DNA of 64,000 nt from Callorhinchus milii. Taxonomy: Eukaryota. The notes under the pieces were generated by a model. That model was given only the letters and a program-made list of their open reading frames with translations, was not told where the DNA came from and did not search any database. Made by a program: the position numbers and the translations under genes. Below are positions 1 through 11,951 of the stretch, piece after piece. Position 1 is the first letter of the stretch. Every line of letters begins with the position of its first letter. The stretch covers positions 85,934,001 to 85,998,000 of the forward strand of contig NW_024704742.1 in NCBI RefSeq assembly GCF_018977255.1, read 5' to 3'.

Positions 1-81
1 CTTGTGTGAAGACGTGTTTCCTGGCTCCTCTCGGCCTACTTTAGCTCTAATTGAATGTACACTTTTTGTGGCTGTTTTAAG

Positions 82-213
82 GTTTCGGCCACACCAGGAC
101 GCTGACCCCCAGAAGCCTCGAGTGGCTGCTCTCATCGACCGGCTCATCGCGTTTAAAAACAACGATCACGGAGCTTGGGTGAGGGGAGGTGACATTGTGT
201 TCCAGGACTCTGG
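82..213 (+). CDS. CEMIP2: CEMIP2/TMEM2-type hyaluronidase, internal coding exon (upstream exons outside window)
   Basis: ttaag|G..GG|gtagg; encodes FRPHQDADPQKPRVAALIDRLIAFKNNDHGAWVRGGDIVFQDS, closely matching TMEM2 (FRPHQDANPEKPRVAALIDRLIAFKNND); phase 2-2. Confidence 0.92.
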
Positions 214-1159
214 GTAGGTGCTGCCTCCTCTCGGCTGTGGCTGATGAGAGGAGAAGGTTGTGAGACTCTGAGACTGCACTGATTTCAATAAAATCCCTTG
301 GTTTTGCTCAGTAGTTATGCTCCTGATCTGGACAGCAGGTGCCAAGAATGGCCATCTGAGGCCATAGATTAGGATTGTTTTGATTGTGGAATCTCTGCCA
401 AAACTTTCGTATTTTTTGTAAAAAAAACCTGAAAGCAACAATGTTCCTTTCATAAAGCGGCAGCGAGCATGGGTCAGCAGTCCTGAAATCTGGACCTGTT
501 CTTAATCCCTCGTCCTGCTGAGTGTGTGGATGCTCAGTTTACACTGGCTTCAAGGGGATACGAAGCTGAAGCCTGCTCTGTTCAGTCAGCTCCCACTTCA
601 CTCCTGTTTGACCCTCAGTGAGTTCAGCAAGTTCATGGGATGCCAATCAAATAGTGATGATAATAATTTGTGTGATATATCACCACGTCTCAATGTGCTT
701 CACAGGTAATTATTATTAAGTGTTCTCCCTCCCACTCCAGGACTCATGGGGAATCCTGCTTTGAGCTAGATTTTCTTTTGAATGTTTGTGGGAAGTTTGC
801 ACTGTGCAAATTAGCTGTTACATTCATCTGCAGAATATAGTCACTAGACTTTACAGTGAATCCTGTGAATCGCTTTGGGATGTTCTCCCGACTTGAAAGG
901 CACTGGATCAAAAGTAAGGATTAGTATTATTAGTCAGAGGTGAGGTAAGAAAACCTTTCGGAAATACTGATTTCAAGCTCTCTCTGTGAATCCTAAATAC
1001 CTCAGTGAGAAAACCAAAACTGAGGTGGTGTCCTGTCTGGGTGCATCATGGAGTATGATAGTGTATAACCATGTTTATCATTTTATAGTATGATAGTGTG
1101 TGTATGGTACCGTGTAACCATGATGTATATTTACCTGCGTTTCTGATTTAATTTTTCAG

Positions 1160-1195
1160 ATTTTCTGATAATGGAGTTGGATTGACCTTTGCTAG
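1160..1195 (+). CDS. CEMIP2: CEMIP2 36-nt micro-exon
   Basis: tttcag|A..AG|gtaag; (G)FSDNGVGLTFA(S), cf. TMEM2 FADNGIGLTFAS; phase 2-2. Confidence 0.9.
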
Positions 1196-1325
1196 GTAAG
1201 AGTAGAGTTATTTATTAAGGATTATTATCTTTCATTATTAATCCAAATGAATGGAGGCAATTTTTAATACAGTAACTTTTTTTAAAGCTACAGGACAATT
1301 AAATCTTTCACTGCCATTGATTTGT

Positions 1326-1518
1326 ACAGTCATAAGTTGTTATAACTCGGTAGTTTGAGCTTTGCAAAATCAGACTCCGTGTTATAGCGAGTCACATTAT
1401 ACTGTATCCACTGACATCACCAAATCATCGGAAGCGTATTGCACTGTATTTCTCATATAATGCAGGCCTCTGGTATGGCAACGTTATGTACAGACCTGGT
1501 GTAACAGGGTCTGACTGT
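1326..1518. mobile_element. Tigger/pogo-like MITE remnant
   Basis: TA-CAGTC..GTTATAAC left end and GTAACAGGGTCTGACTG right end resemble degenerate CAGT..TATAAC TIRs. Confidence 0.4.
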
Positions 1519-1923
1519 CAGAAGAAGGGGAACAGGATGTTCTTCCCTTCTTTTCCTGATTTTTTTAAAAACTTAATTTTAGCCTCTAGTGGGTACCTCA
1601 CCCAAGGGCCGTTGTTAATACTTGAGCTTTGACAGTGCTTATAGGCTATTTTATTTGACCACCATCACAGACGAGTGCGGTCCAGTCCGATCCTCGCCTG
1701 GCTCACATCTTTGGGGAAATGGGGTGGGGGGGTGGGGGTCTCTGGACACTGATCAACAGTGGGTACTCTGGTTGATTTTGCACTTCCCTAATCCCGGGGA
1801 TATGAGGCCAGTTGTTCCCTCAAATGCTGCGGGATTTGAGGGAACTCGCAGCATTTGAGGGAACTCACAGCATTTACAAATAAAAATCTGCTGATTTCTA
1901 ATGAGTATCTGTTCCTCCATCAG

Positions 1924-2079
1924 TGACGGAAGCTTCCCGAAGGATGATGGCTCCACCCAGGAAATCTCTGAATCCCTGTTTGTTGGGGAGAGCAAGAACC
2001 GCGGCTCTCCTGGTGGCCAAAACAAATACTGGGGAGCTGGGGGAGTAGATGGGATAGGTCGCACACTGCCGAGAAACAA
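1924..2079 (+). CDS. CEMIP2: CEMIP2 coding exon
   Basis: catcag|T..AA|gtaag; SDGSFPKDDGSTQEISESLFVGESKNRGSPGGQNKYWGAGGVDGIGRTLPRN. Confidence 0.92.
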
Positions 2080-2364
2080 GTAAGATTCTCCGTCTTAATA
2101 TACCGTGTATTATCTTAATACACTGCTCCACATGGAGCAGTAGGTTAGAATGTTCTCCTTTCACCTCTGGGACATTGTTTCCAATCAGGTGTCTGACTCT
2201 GTGTACCTACTGAAACTATCTTGGACCATCTCAGTCACTGTCAGACTGGCTCGTCTACCAATCGTAATGCCCTGGAGAACTGTGAAAAACCATCTGGCTC
2301 AGGAACCAGATAACCGAGACCACCACTGAGGGTTGATTTGATTCCGCAAACTTGTCCTCCACAA

Positions 2365-2570
2365 ATAATTATCTACTTCTCTCCTAAAAGTTGTCATTGA
2401 GTCGGCTTCCGCCACCCTTTCAGGCAATGCGTTCCAGATCCGAACAACTCGCTGTGTGAAAAAATTTCTCCTCACCTCTCCTTTGTTTCTTTTAACAATT
2501 ATTTTAAATTGGTGTCCTTGGGTTACTGACCCGCCTGCCAGTGGAAATAGTTTCTTTCCTCCCTCCCAAA
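2365..2570 (-). mobile_element. CR1 LINE 3' fragment
   Basis: RRNFFTQRVVRIWNALPERVAEA peptide (CR1 ORF2 end). Confidence 0.85.
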
Positions 2571-2574
2571 AGAT

Positions 2575-2885
2575 TAATAATAATCCTTGCATTTGATATA
2601 GCGCTTTTTACGTCTTCGAGACGTCTCAAAGTGCTTCACAGAATATGCTGTAAAGTGAATTGACTGTATATTTGTGGGCGAAACGCGGCAGCCAATTGCG
2701 CACAGCAATGTCCCACAAACAGTCGTGGATTGAAATGACCGATTTATTATTGTTTTGTTTTGGAGGGATTATTAGTAGGCGTGTGGGGTAAGGAAACTTA
2801 CCCAAGGTTTTGCGCTGCCTGGAATTGAACCCAGGTGTCTCGCTTGTAAGGCGAGTGCTCTAACCACTGAGCTACAGGACTCCAC
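2575..2885 (-). mobile_element. tRNA-derived SINE with L2-type 3' tail
   Basis: Box A TAGCTCAGTGG, box B GGTTCAATTCC, tail GACGT..GCGCTATATCAAATGCAAGGA(TTA)n; the family's tRNA-Ala-like arm CTCGCCTTGCAAGCGAG is intact in other copies (e.g. 27350-27366). Confidence 0.9.
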
Positions 2886-3276
2886 TTATAGAACCTCAAC
2901 TGTCATGTTTCTAGTTTAAAAATTGTTTTAAGTTAGCTATCTCTGAACAACAAGTTTGTCCTGCAAATCTTTTTTAGTACATCAACAAGACTGCACTTTC
3001 CCTCAATCACTGTCCAAGGAGCATAGTCACTATTTGGTCATTTGACAACCGACAAATGCAGGTTTGAGCCTCATAAGGTGGATAGTAGGTACCAGGAACT
3101 GCTGCCAAACCCCAATGTGAAATTCTCTTTGGAGGTAGAATATGAAATAGTTACTTAATATAAAGATGGGTAGCAGCATTTATTACGCACAACTATTTTC
3201 CCTCCTCTTCTCCCTCCCTCCCACTGACTTTTTAGAAGAGCCAGACTAATCCTTTTTGGTTTGGGAATTTAAACAG

Positions 3277-3454
3277 GACATTCCCAATTCGAGGGTTTCA
3301 GATTTACGATGGACCAGTCCACGTCACTAAGACTACCTTCCAAAACTTTGTGAAAATGCCGGACAGATTCACCAGCGCTGTGGGATTCTCTCTGAAGAAC
3401 CCCTGGCAGCTGACTCCCAAGAACAGTCTCTCACTGGTGGCATTTGACATAAAC
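3277..3454 (+). CDS. CEMIP2: CEMIP2 coding exon
   Basis: aacag|G..AAC|gtagg; TFPIRGFQIYDGPVHVTKTTFQNFVKMPDRFTSAVGFSLKNPWQLTPKNSLSLVAFDIN. Confidence 0.92.
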
Positions 3455-3990
3455 GTAGGTGTATCTTATATTCAAATTTAAAAATCATTATATATATCCT
3501 CTAAATAGCTTATAATAAAACTATCTTATATTAATTTTAATTTGTTATATATATGTATAGACAATATATTATCAAAGTATTATATCATCTTATATACGTA
3601 AATTAGCGAGGGTCATGTCTGCAGGTTAAACAGTCAGTGGTTACTGCTGACTACCGTCAATAGTTCAGATAGCATGTTATTATCTGGGACATGAGGATGT
3701 GGGTTCACAGGCCAGGTTGAGCATTAATTTTACAATAAGCATTTGATGTGTGGCAACGCAGTGAAAGTGAGTACAGTAGTTGCTGTTTTAGCTGCTTCAA
3801 CTCCAGCAGCACAGACTCTGGGAATCCCAAGAGCTTTAACCATTGGGAGGCAACTAGATTTTCAATTCAGAAACTTGCTAGAGTTTGTCTGGGGGGTGGG
3901 AGAGGGAGGGGAGTGGGTTGGTGCTGACAGTGATAGGGTTGGTGGGGGAGTTTAGGCGCTGATGGTACTTGATTTGTGTTTGTTCCACAG

Positions 3991-4206
3991 GTCTCCTTGA
4001 ATGTTTTCTTTTGCAAAGCCGGGCCGTGGTTTGAGGACTGTGATCTGGATGGCGACAAGAACGCCGTGTTTCACGATGTGGACGGCTCGGTCACTGGCTA
4101 CCGCGACACGTACGTGAGCAGGTTGGACAATTATCTGGTCCGACATCCGGACTGCAAGGAAGTAACATCGTACAATGGGTCCATTTGCAGCGGAAAGTAC
4201 GCTCAG
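3991..4206 (+). CDS. CEMIP2: CEMIP2 coding exon
   Basis: cacag|GTC..CAG|gtaaa; VSLNVFFCKAGPWFEDCDLDGDKNAVFHDVDGSVTGYRDTYVSRLDNYLVRHPDC...SGKYAQ. Confidence 0.93.
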
Positions 4207-4270
4207 GTAAAGAGAGAGAGGGTCATGGTGAAGGTCGTAGAGTGCTTTCTTATTTACTCAGAGGATCATT

Positions 4271-4660
4271 GTGGAGTCCTGTAGAGTAGTGGTTAGAGCA
4301 CTCGCCTCGCAAGCGAGATGACCCGGGTTTGATTCCTGGATAGGGCGAAACGTTAGACAAGTTTTCTTACTCCACAGGCCTCTGTTTACCGAGCAGTAAA
4401 TAGGAACTTGGTTGTTACTTGATTCGTGGATTTCTCTCTGGAGGTAATAATCTCTTCAAAATAAATCAATAAAATACTAATTTGCTCACTCAATCCACGA
4501 CTGTTTGTGGGACACTGCTGTACGCAATTGGCTGCCGTGTTTTGCCCACAAACTATACAGTCAATTCACTTTACAGTATATTCTGTGAAGCCCTTTGAGA
4601 CGTCTCAATGACGTGATAAGGTGCTATATCAAATGCAAGTATTATTATTGTTACTATTAT
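4271..4660 (+). mobile_element. tRNA-derived SINE (same family)
   Basis: GTGGAGTCCTGTAG head through (TTA)n tail. Confidence 0.88.
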
Positions 4661-5463
4661 CTTGGAAAGAGATGTACCAGAAAGGATAGTTGAGGACAGG
4701 ATCTGGTATATTGTTGGCTCACTGTGGAAGGGCCGTGGCCTATATCCGACACAGTCACTTGTCTCTGAAGAAGGTGGAGGTGATTGATCATTGCTTGAAG
4801 TTCAGTCGGCAATGTTTTATTACAGGATGGCAGCTTCCGACGCAGATAATTGTGTACAGAGCTAGATACAGCAACGACAATAAGTAGGAGTGTTTTTCAA
4901 TGTATAGCTATGGAGATTTGCCCTTGTTGCCCAAGTGACTGCACTTAGCAACGAGAGGAATTTCTCAGCCAAAATATCACTTTGCCTTGATGTGATGCAG
5001 ATGGAACTCGGATTCATTCATTTGTTTGTGTTTATGTGGTTTCCAACAATCTGCAACTTGTTATTGCTGCTAATTTATAAGCAGGGCATATCTAGCTGTA
5101 GTGGCATTCCCTCTTCTTTTGAGGAATTCTTAAATTCATGGAGAAGAAAGCTGTTTCCAGTTATGTCCCACATAACAACAAGCCTTAACTGTGCCAGTGT
5201 TGGGTTTTATTTCAAATGCTGTACCTCTCCTCTGGTCTCCTTTACGTCAGATTGCCAACTAGCATAGCGGCAAGTCAAAGGCAATGTTGATTTGTAGGCA
5301 CTTAGTAACACCTCATGTAGCTACTTACTGTAGTAAGGAAAAGATCACTGCTGGCGTAGTAAGAGATTGGGGCCATCGCTTGAGGCCTGAGAGTGAAAGG
5401 ACGGTGTGTATTCCCACTGCACCACCTGATTCCTGTGATAACCAGTGATTGTTGTCCTAGGTT

Positions 5464-6091
5464 GTCCCCTCAGGCCGCTGAAACACTCATACATGTATTC
5501 GTCACCTCAAGGTTCGACTACGGAAACTCTCTCCTTGTCGGCCTCCCTCACTCTTCCCTCCATAAGCTGCAGATCATCCACAACTCTGCAGTTCATGTCC
5601 TCTCCTGCACCAGGCTCCGTAACCCCATCACTCCACCCTTGTCCGGCTCCACTAGCTCCCCATCCCTCAGAGAATAGAATTCAAAATCCTCATCCTCACT
5701 TTCAAGGCAACCCATGGCATTGCCCCCTCCTACCTGTCTGACCCGCTGACAGCCTATCAACCTGCCCGCTCCCTCCGCTCAGCAGGCACCGGCCTGCTCC
5801 TGGTCTCCTGCCCAACCCGTCCTTCCATTGGCGGTCGGGCTTTCAGCCTCTCTGCCCCCACCCTTTGGAACTCCATCCCACAATTCCTTTGCTTTGCTCC
5901 CTCTCTTGCCTCCTACAAGGCACGACTCAAGACCCTCATTTTTGACCGTACCTTCAGCCGCTCTCCTACCCCCTCTGCCCTCTCTCACTCCAACCCTGCC
6001 CCCCACGCTCGGGTCCTGATCCTTGATTGTTCAAGGCCTTGGGACGTCGTCCCGATGTGAAAGGCGCTTTACAAATGTAATTTTGTTGTTG
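5464..6091 (+). mobile_element. 5'-truncated LINE2 flanked by TAGGTT TSD
   Basis: L2 ORF2 C-terminal peptide AETLIHVFVTSRFDYGNSLLVGLP..KLQIIHNSA, tail GTGAAAGGCGCTTTACAAATGTAATT(TTG)n. Confidence 0.92.
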
Positions 6092-6094
6092 TAG

Positions 6095-6303
6095 GTTTAT
6101 GTGCAAACATGGCGTCCGCAGAACCTAACGATGACCATTGTAAGAGACGAGTATCCCGCCAATCCCATGACCCTGCGGGGCATCAACCAGCGAGCGGACT
6201 TCCAGCAATACCAACCAGTGGTCATGCTGCAGAAAGGCTACACGATTCACTGGAATGGCCGGGCGCCAGAGGAAACCTTTCTATATCTTATCAACTTCGA
6301 TAA
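6095..6303 (+). CDS. CEMIP2: CEMIP2 coding exon (acceptor abuts an L2 tail)
   Basis: gttgtag|GTT..AA|gtaag; VYVQTWRPQNLTMTIVRDEYPANPMTLRGINQRADFQQYQPVVMLQKGYTIHWNGRAPEETFLYLINFD. Confidence 0.92.
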
Positions 6304-6574
6304 GTAAGTAGTCTTAGCTCCAACCTTGGATAGCTCCAGTGGAGGGCAGTAAGGAAAGCTCAACCTGAAAAGGTCAGCACCCAAAATAATAAGAATAATC
6401 CTTGCAGTAATGTCAGCCTGGCTCAATGGTAGCAATTGTAATATTAGTCACTCGTTCCATGGCTGTTTGTGGGACATTACTGCGTGCGATTGGGCTACTG
6501 TGTTTCGTCCCCAGAATACACAGTCAACCCACTCCACAGAAAATCCTGTGAAATGCTTTGAGACATGTCGCCTC

Positions 6575-6985
6575 CGTTTTAGAAGGTTGTGGGTTCAAGC
6601 CCCACGTCGGGACTTGAACTCACATAGTCTAAGCCGACATTCCAATGTGGTGCTAGGGGGTATGTTGCTTGTCAGAGGTGCCCTCCTTCAGATGAGACAT
6701 TAAGCTGAGGACGCATCTGCCTGTTCAGGGGGACGTTAAAGATCCTATACACGATTTGAAAAGAGAAGGGAGTTTCTCCTGGCGTCTTGGCCAACAATCC
6801 CCCAAATAAAATTGGTTCACTTGCTCCATGGCTGTTTGTGGGACATTAGGGTGCGCAATTGGGTTGCTGCGTTCCCCTCTACAAAACACACAGTCAACCC
6901 ACTTTACAGTATATCCTGTGAAGCGCTTTGAGACGTCTCGACAACGTGATAAAGCACTATATCAAATGCAAGGATTATTTTTATT
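6575..6985 (+). mobile_element. Deu-domain SINE (AmnSINE1/SacSINE1-type core)
   Basis: GTCAGAGGTGCC..TTCAGATGAGACATTAA..GGACGTTAAAGATCC..GGCCAACA core; other degraded copies near 11290-11580, 19486-20290, 40760-40920(-), 58930-59090(-). Confidence 0.7.
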
Positions 6986-7821
6986 GGTATAACACCTTTC
7001 ATGTCAGGAGGACGCTCCAAAGCATTTCGCAGGATTTACTGTGAAGTGGAGTGACTGGATATTTGTAGGCGAACACGGCAGCTGAAGTGCCCACAGTAAT
7101 GTTCCCAAAGCCCCGTGAAAAATAGCTCCAAAGAACACTGGGGGTGGGGACTCTTTCCACTCAGCTCCTGTTAACCCCAAAGTCAAAGTCCGATCGGACA
7201 GGGTGATCCTAGCTAGACAAGCAGTGGGAAAGCTTGCCAGGCACTGCTTTCAATGGCAAGCTATGTGGTTTTAACAGGTTAAACTCCAGCAGTACTCCCA
7301 ACGCACATTCTGGGCTCTTGCCAATCTGGGCCAAATATTCTCTGCAACTAGATAAGCAGGGTGCGACCCTCCAGGGAGAGAATGTAGGTGGTGATGTGTT
7401 TTGCATGTGTCAGATACCCAGCTAACCAAGAAAATAGACACAGCAGCAAAAAAAGTGGTTGAAGTACAAAGTGCAATAGTTTTTTTTCAAAAGGGATTTG
7501 GACATGTATGTGAAAAAGGAAAATGTCAAACGCGAAGGTGGGGGGGAGTGAGACTGAATGTATTTCTCTGGATAGCGTGGTTATAGCCATGATTTGGCCA
7601 AGGGGTATGAATTGGCCACAGGTCTACATTCTGTGTGAGCTGTAAAATCATAGAATTATAAGATCGACCGGTTGAATTCCCTGATCTGCTGTTTCCATAT
7701 ACCAGGCCACACTATTGTTTGAAGCTGGTGTTTCCAGCAGGGGCAAAATTTGACGCCACCAGTATGTATGTGCATGCACAAGATGCACTCTCTATTTACA
7801 TTGTTTCCCCCCCCACCCCAG

Positions 7822-8004
7822 AAAGGATTGGATTCAGGTTGGTCTGTGTTACCCCCGGAGCAGCACCTTCCAGGTTATGGCTGATATCTACCAAAGGCAG
7901 AACTCTTCCGCTCACAGTGTGGAGGATTATGGAGCCGTATCCACGCTTAAAGAGCTCCAGGAGAAACCGTCGGAGAGAAAGTACTATTTTGACAATAGTA
8001 CCGG
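7822..8004 (+). CDS. CEMIP2: CEMIP2 coding exon
   Basis: cccag|A..GG|gtgtg; KDWIQVGLCYPRSSTFQVMADIYQRQNSSAHSVEDYGAVSTLKELQEKPSERKYYFDNST. Confidence 0.9.
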
Positions 8005-9124
8005 GTGTGTCTTATCTTTTCTCTTTTGCAAGGGTACTCTTATGCGATAAAAAACAAAATATAATATGACTGAGCGAACGTGGCGCTTACTAACGATTTC
8101 CGCTGTCATTACAATTGCACAATTTTAGCACGACATCCTGCAGTTTCTGCAAATGATTTTAGTCTGATGGTCAGGAAAGGATTGATAAGCTGTATGCCTG
8201 GGGCATTAACAGGGAAAGGCAATTGAAACTACAGTGAAGCCTTATTATACTGCATTTCTTTATAACTGAGTCAGTTCAGTGTGGATCCTGTTGATTGTTC
8301 ATGTGCACAGTTGACCTCTTTGCTTCTTGTGCACCAGTGGTCTCTTGTGCTTAAATGTTGTTTTAGTACCAGCTCCGAACAATTCCTTCCCCCTCCCTTG
8401 CCTCCCTCAATTTCCTTCTCCCTTGTGTATGCATTGTTTTCCCTTAAATGCATCAGTGTTTTTTTTTTGCTGCAACCACAGCTTCCAGCAATGAATTCCA
8501 CATTATCACATTCTTGGAAAGAATAAATTCCTCTTAAACCTAAGCTATTAGATCTGCTACTGATTATCCACTCACTAACAAGTGGAAACAGCCTGTCTAT
8601 GTCCATCTCATCAAATCCATACATAATTGTAAACACCTATCTGGTCCCTTCTCAATCATCTCTTCCCTGGAGAGAAAACCTCTAACCTGACCATTTTTCT
8701 TCATGGGTGCATACACTCACTTCCCGGGTAACATAATAATCTAGTATTCTGTGCCTGAACTCGGGAGATATGGGGGGTATTGAGATAGAAAAGTAGAAAA
8801 GTTGGACTGGGTCATTGTGCAATGAATATTTACAATAATCTGAATGTCCTGAATTAGTTCTTAAAACACCCGTTTCCCAAACTGTAACTTCAACCATGTC
8901 AACCTTGCCACATCTGTGCTTTATCTTTTGCCACTTTGGCAAAAAGGCATTTTGCAACCAATTTAATGGAGTCTGTAAAAGAGAGGAGGGTCTAACCTAG
9001 GTGGATTTCTAACTGGACTCCTTAGTAAGGAAGCTGAGAGGGGATTACTTCTGGTAACAGGTCGGTCTGATTCATTAGATCGTGCTCGACAGTAGTGGTT
9101 TCAATGTCCGTGAGTCAGCATGAC

Positions 9125-9486
9125 GAAGTCCTGTAGCATTGTGGTTAGAGCGCTCGCTTCGCAAGTGAGAGGATCCAGGTTCAATTCCCGGGCAGGGCAA
9201 CACCTTAGGGAAGTTTCCTCACTCCACGCGGCTCTGTTTGCCGAACAGTAGGTAGGAACCTGGTTGTTAGTTGATTGGCGGATTGCTTGCTGGGGGTAAT
9301 AATCCCTCCAAAAATGTTTTTTAAAAAATTGATCACTCCATCCATGACTGTTTGTGGGACACTGCTGTGTCATTTGGCTGCTTGTGTTTCGCTCACAAAA
9401 TATGCAGTCCACTTTACAATATATCCTGTGAAGCACTTTGAGAAGTGATAAGGCACTATATTGAATGCAAGTATTATTATTATTAT
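9125..9486 (+). mobile_element. tRNA-derived SINE (same family)
   Basis: Head/box B GGTTCAATTCC and tail GCACTATATTGAATGCAAG(TAT)n. Confidence 0.85.
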
Positions 9487-9630
9487 GACGTCCTGTTCTG
9501 ACCTACTAGATTTTGGTGATTTCGGTGAATTAAATCGGAAAACCTCAGCTTTCCCCACTTTGGCAGCTCAAACCTCTTCATTGAAATGATACCCAGGTGA
9601 ACGCTGCTCTCTTGCTCTTCTCTTTCCCAG

Positions 9631-9850
9631 GCTGCTATTCTTAACTCTTCAAGCACGGCAGGCTCGAGAGGGTCACAGCTACTGCTCTGTCCAAGGCTGT
9701 GAGCGGATCAAGATTTCTGCTACCATGCGCTCGCAAGAGCAGAGCAACTGCAGGTCCAGAGCCTATCCCAAATATTCCCAGCCTCCCAAAGCCATCATAC
9801 CAATGCCAGCACCCATCTCCAAGCAATGTGAAAACTGCGGAGCTTCTAAG
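9631..9850 (+). CDS. CEMIP2: CEMIP2 coding exon
   Basis: tcccag|G..AAG|gtaaa; LLFLTLQARQAREGHSYCSVQGCERIKISAT...CRSRAYPKY...CENCGASK. Confidence 0.92.
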
Positions 9851-10688
9851 GTAAAAGACATTTCCATTAAATACGACTGTTGGCCCTTAGACTGACTGAC
9901 AGCCTCTGTATAAGTTTGCAGAGCAGAAGTGTACTGCCTCATTGTCCCAGTGACCTCTGGTTTTTATGACACCTCCAGGAAAATATCTTACTGTGTACGT
10001 CTGGTTGGAAAGGCTTCATTCCCTCACACAATGGTCTGGCAAAAGGAATTAGATTTTAAAAGAGCAAATACTGAAACAGGCTTGGATTTCAATCTCCTGA
10101 GGGGGCGTCTTGTTAAGGTTCACATTGCTCTGGTGAGGACAGCGCATGTTGCACCGATGATTACCCTTCTACGCTTTTGGTCATCTTTTGCCCCTCCCCC
10201 CAGTTTGGGTTCCCAGCCAGCTGTGTAAAAGGCTTTACGAGAGCCTCCTGATGTGGAAGGTGCTGTATAAATATAAGTTGTACTGCTGACGCCTTAAAGG
10301 CTTGCAGTAGTTCAGCTGAGCCATTTCCAAAAGAATTAATTTCATAGCCACATGCTCAGATCAAGATCGCTGGGATTTGAAACGGGAATTCATGCCGAGA
10401 GCTGGAGGGGAGTTGGGGCTGTTTTCTCTCCTAAAGTGGATCGAGTTAGAACGAGTTCCTGTCGCATCCTTCCAGATCGGTTGTTGAGGAATCCTGCTTG
10501 AAACAGCCACACTGTGTTGCTCTCTATTCAGTCTCTGGTCTTCCCCTCTTACAATCTGGAGAACATGGTGAGGTCCACAACATGTCGTCGTTGCTTAGCA
10601 ACAGTGACTGACACGTAATAGATGCCTATGGCTGCAGTATTTAATCAGATCGCGAGCTGATGCGTGTGTCTGTATCTGTATTCTGCAG

Positions 10689-10787
10689 CTGGTTTTTACA
10701 AGTGATCCACACAACACCTACCTCCACGTGCAGATCCATTCCCTCAGCGAGGATGAGATTCAGCAAGGGAACAAATCCAGCATCTAT
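10689..10787 (+). CDS. CEMIP2: CEMIP2 coding exon
   Basis: ctgcag|CTG..TAT|gtaag; LVFTSDPHNTYLHVQIHSLSEDEIQQGNKSSIY (TMEM2 VVFTSDPHKSYLPVQ). Confidence 0.88.
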
Positions 10788-11805
10788 GTAAGTGAAGGCT
10801 GACCCCGGCAGCGCCCTTAACCAAACAGAATGTGAGATTCATGCAAGTTGTGTGCAACACCATACGCGCGTGAAAAGTTTGCACAGCGTCAAAACTATTG
10901 TTGCCGTTAGCTTTTGATAAGCAGTTTGAGACGTTCAGCGTTGTAGTATTAAACACTAAACAACCACTAGGTGGTAGTGTCCCTCCCGCATAGTGGACTC
11001 TTCATTGATTGGCAGGAATCTTTAAATATAAAGATTTTAATTGGAGAGTTGAGGGGCAATGTTACAAATCTTGTCTTTTAACGTTTGTTTTTCAGGGGCG
11101 ATCTGAATGAGGGTGAAACCAGCCCACATTCTTCCCCGGGACACAATCTAGTTATTGACTGTTTGTTGGGGAGGGTGCAAGGCTTCTATAGCTTTTATGA
11201 GCTGTCATATTGGAGGCATATGTGCTCCCCATTGAGACCCTTACAGGTTGTGCTGAGTCCCTGGACCATAGCTGAGACACCCAGGGTCTAGGCTGATACT
11301 GAGAGGAACTCTACGTTGTCAGAGGTCTTTTTTCGATGAGATGTTAAACTGAGCTCCCCTGCGCCGGTTCATAAAGAACATTACAGATTGCTGCGTCAAT
11401 ATTCACAAAAATAACATTAATTTAAATTAGTCTCCCACTCTCCTGGCCAGCAATCTCCCGGATAAAATTGGTCGTTCACTTCATGCCTGTTTTGTAGGAC
11501 TTCTGCTGGTGCAAAAAGTCTCCTGAATTTGCCAAGAAAAACACTCCAGCACAGCATACCTGTGAAGTGCTATATTAATGTCATTATTTGTGATTACATC
11601 ACTGTGTTAAACAGTGCCAAATGGATGTCAGGCGCCTCACCATGGTTCGGGTGGGGGAAAGAGAGGAAATTGGAATAGAACGATTTGCTAACCTGATTAA
11701 AAAATTGTAAGAGGAAGCACTGTGTGACCAATGCCTCTTCATACACAGTGTGTGTGTCTGTAACACATTTCTCCAGCTGAATGATGACCTGTGATCTTAC
11801 CCTAG

Positions 11806-11951
11806 GTGAATGGCACCTCGCTGCCATTTCAGACACAGGGATTTTTCTTGGTGACGGTTGACGCCTGTTCGGGCAAAGTCACCAAAAGAACCAACTTTAC
11901 CAAAGCTGATGCAACCATGGTGAAGTACTTGAGAACTGGAATCTCCCATAG
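11806..11951 (+). CDS. CEMIP2: CEMIP2 coding exon
   Basis: cctag|GTG..AG|gtaag; VNGTSLPFQTQGFFLVTVDACSGKVTKRTNFTKADATMVKYLRTGISH. Confidence 0.88.
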
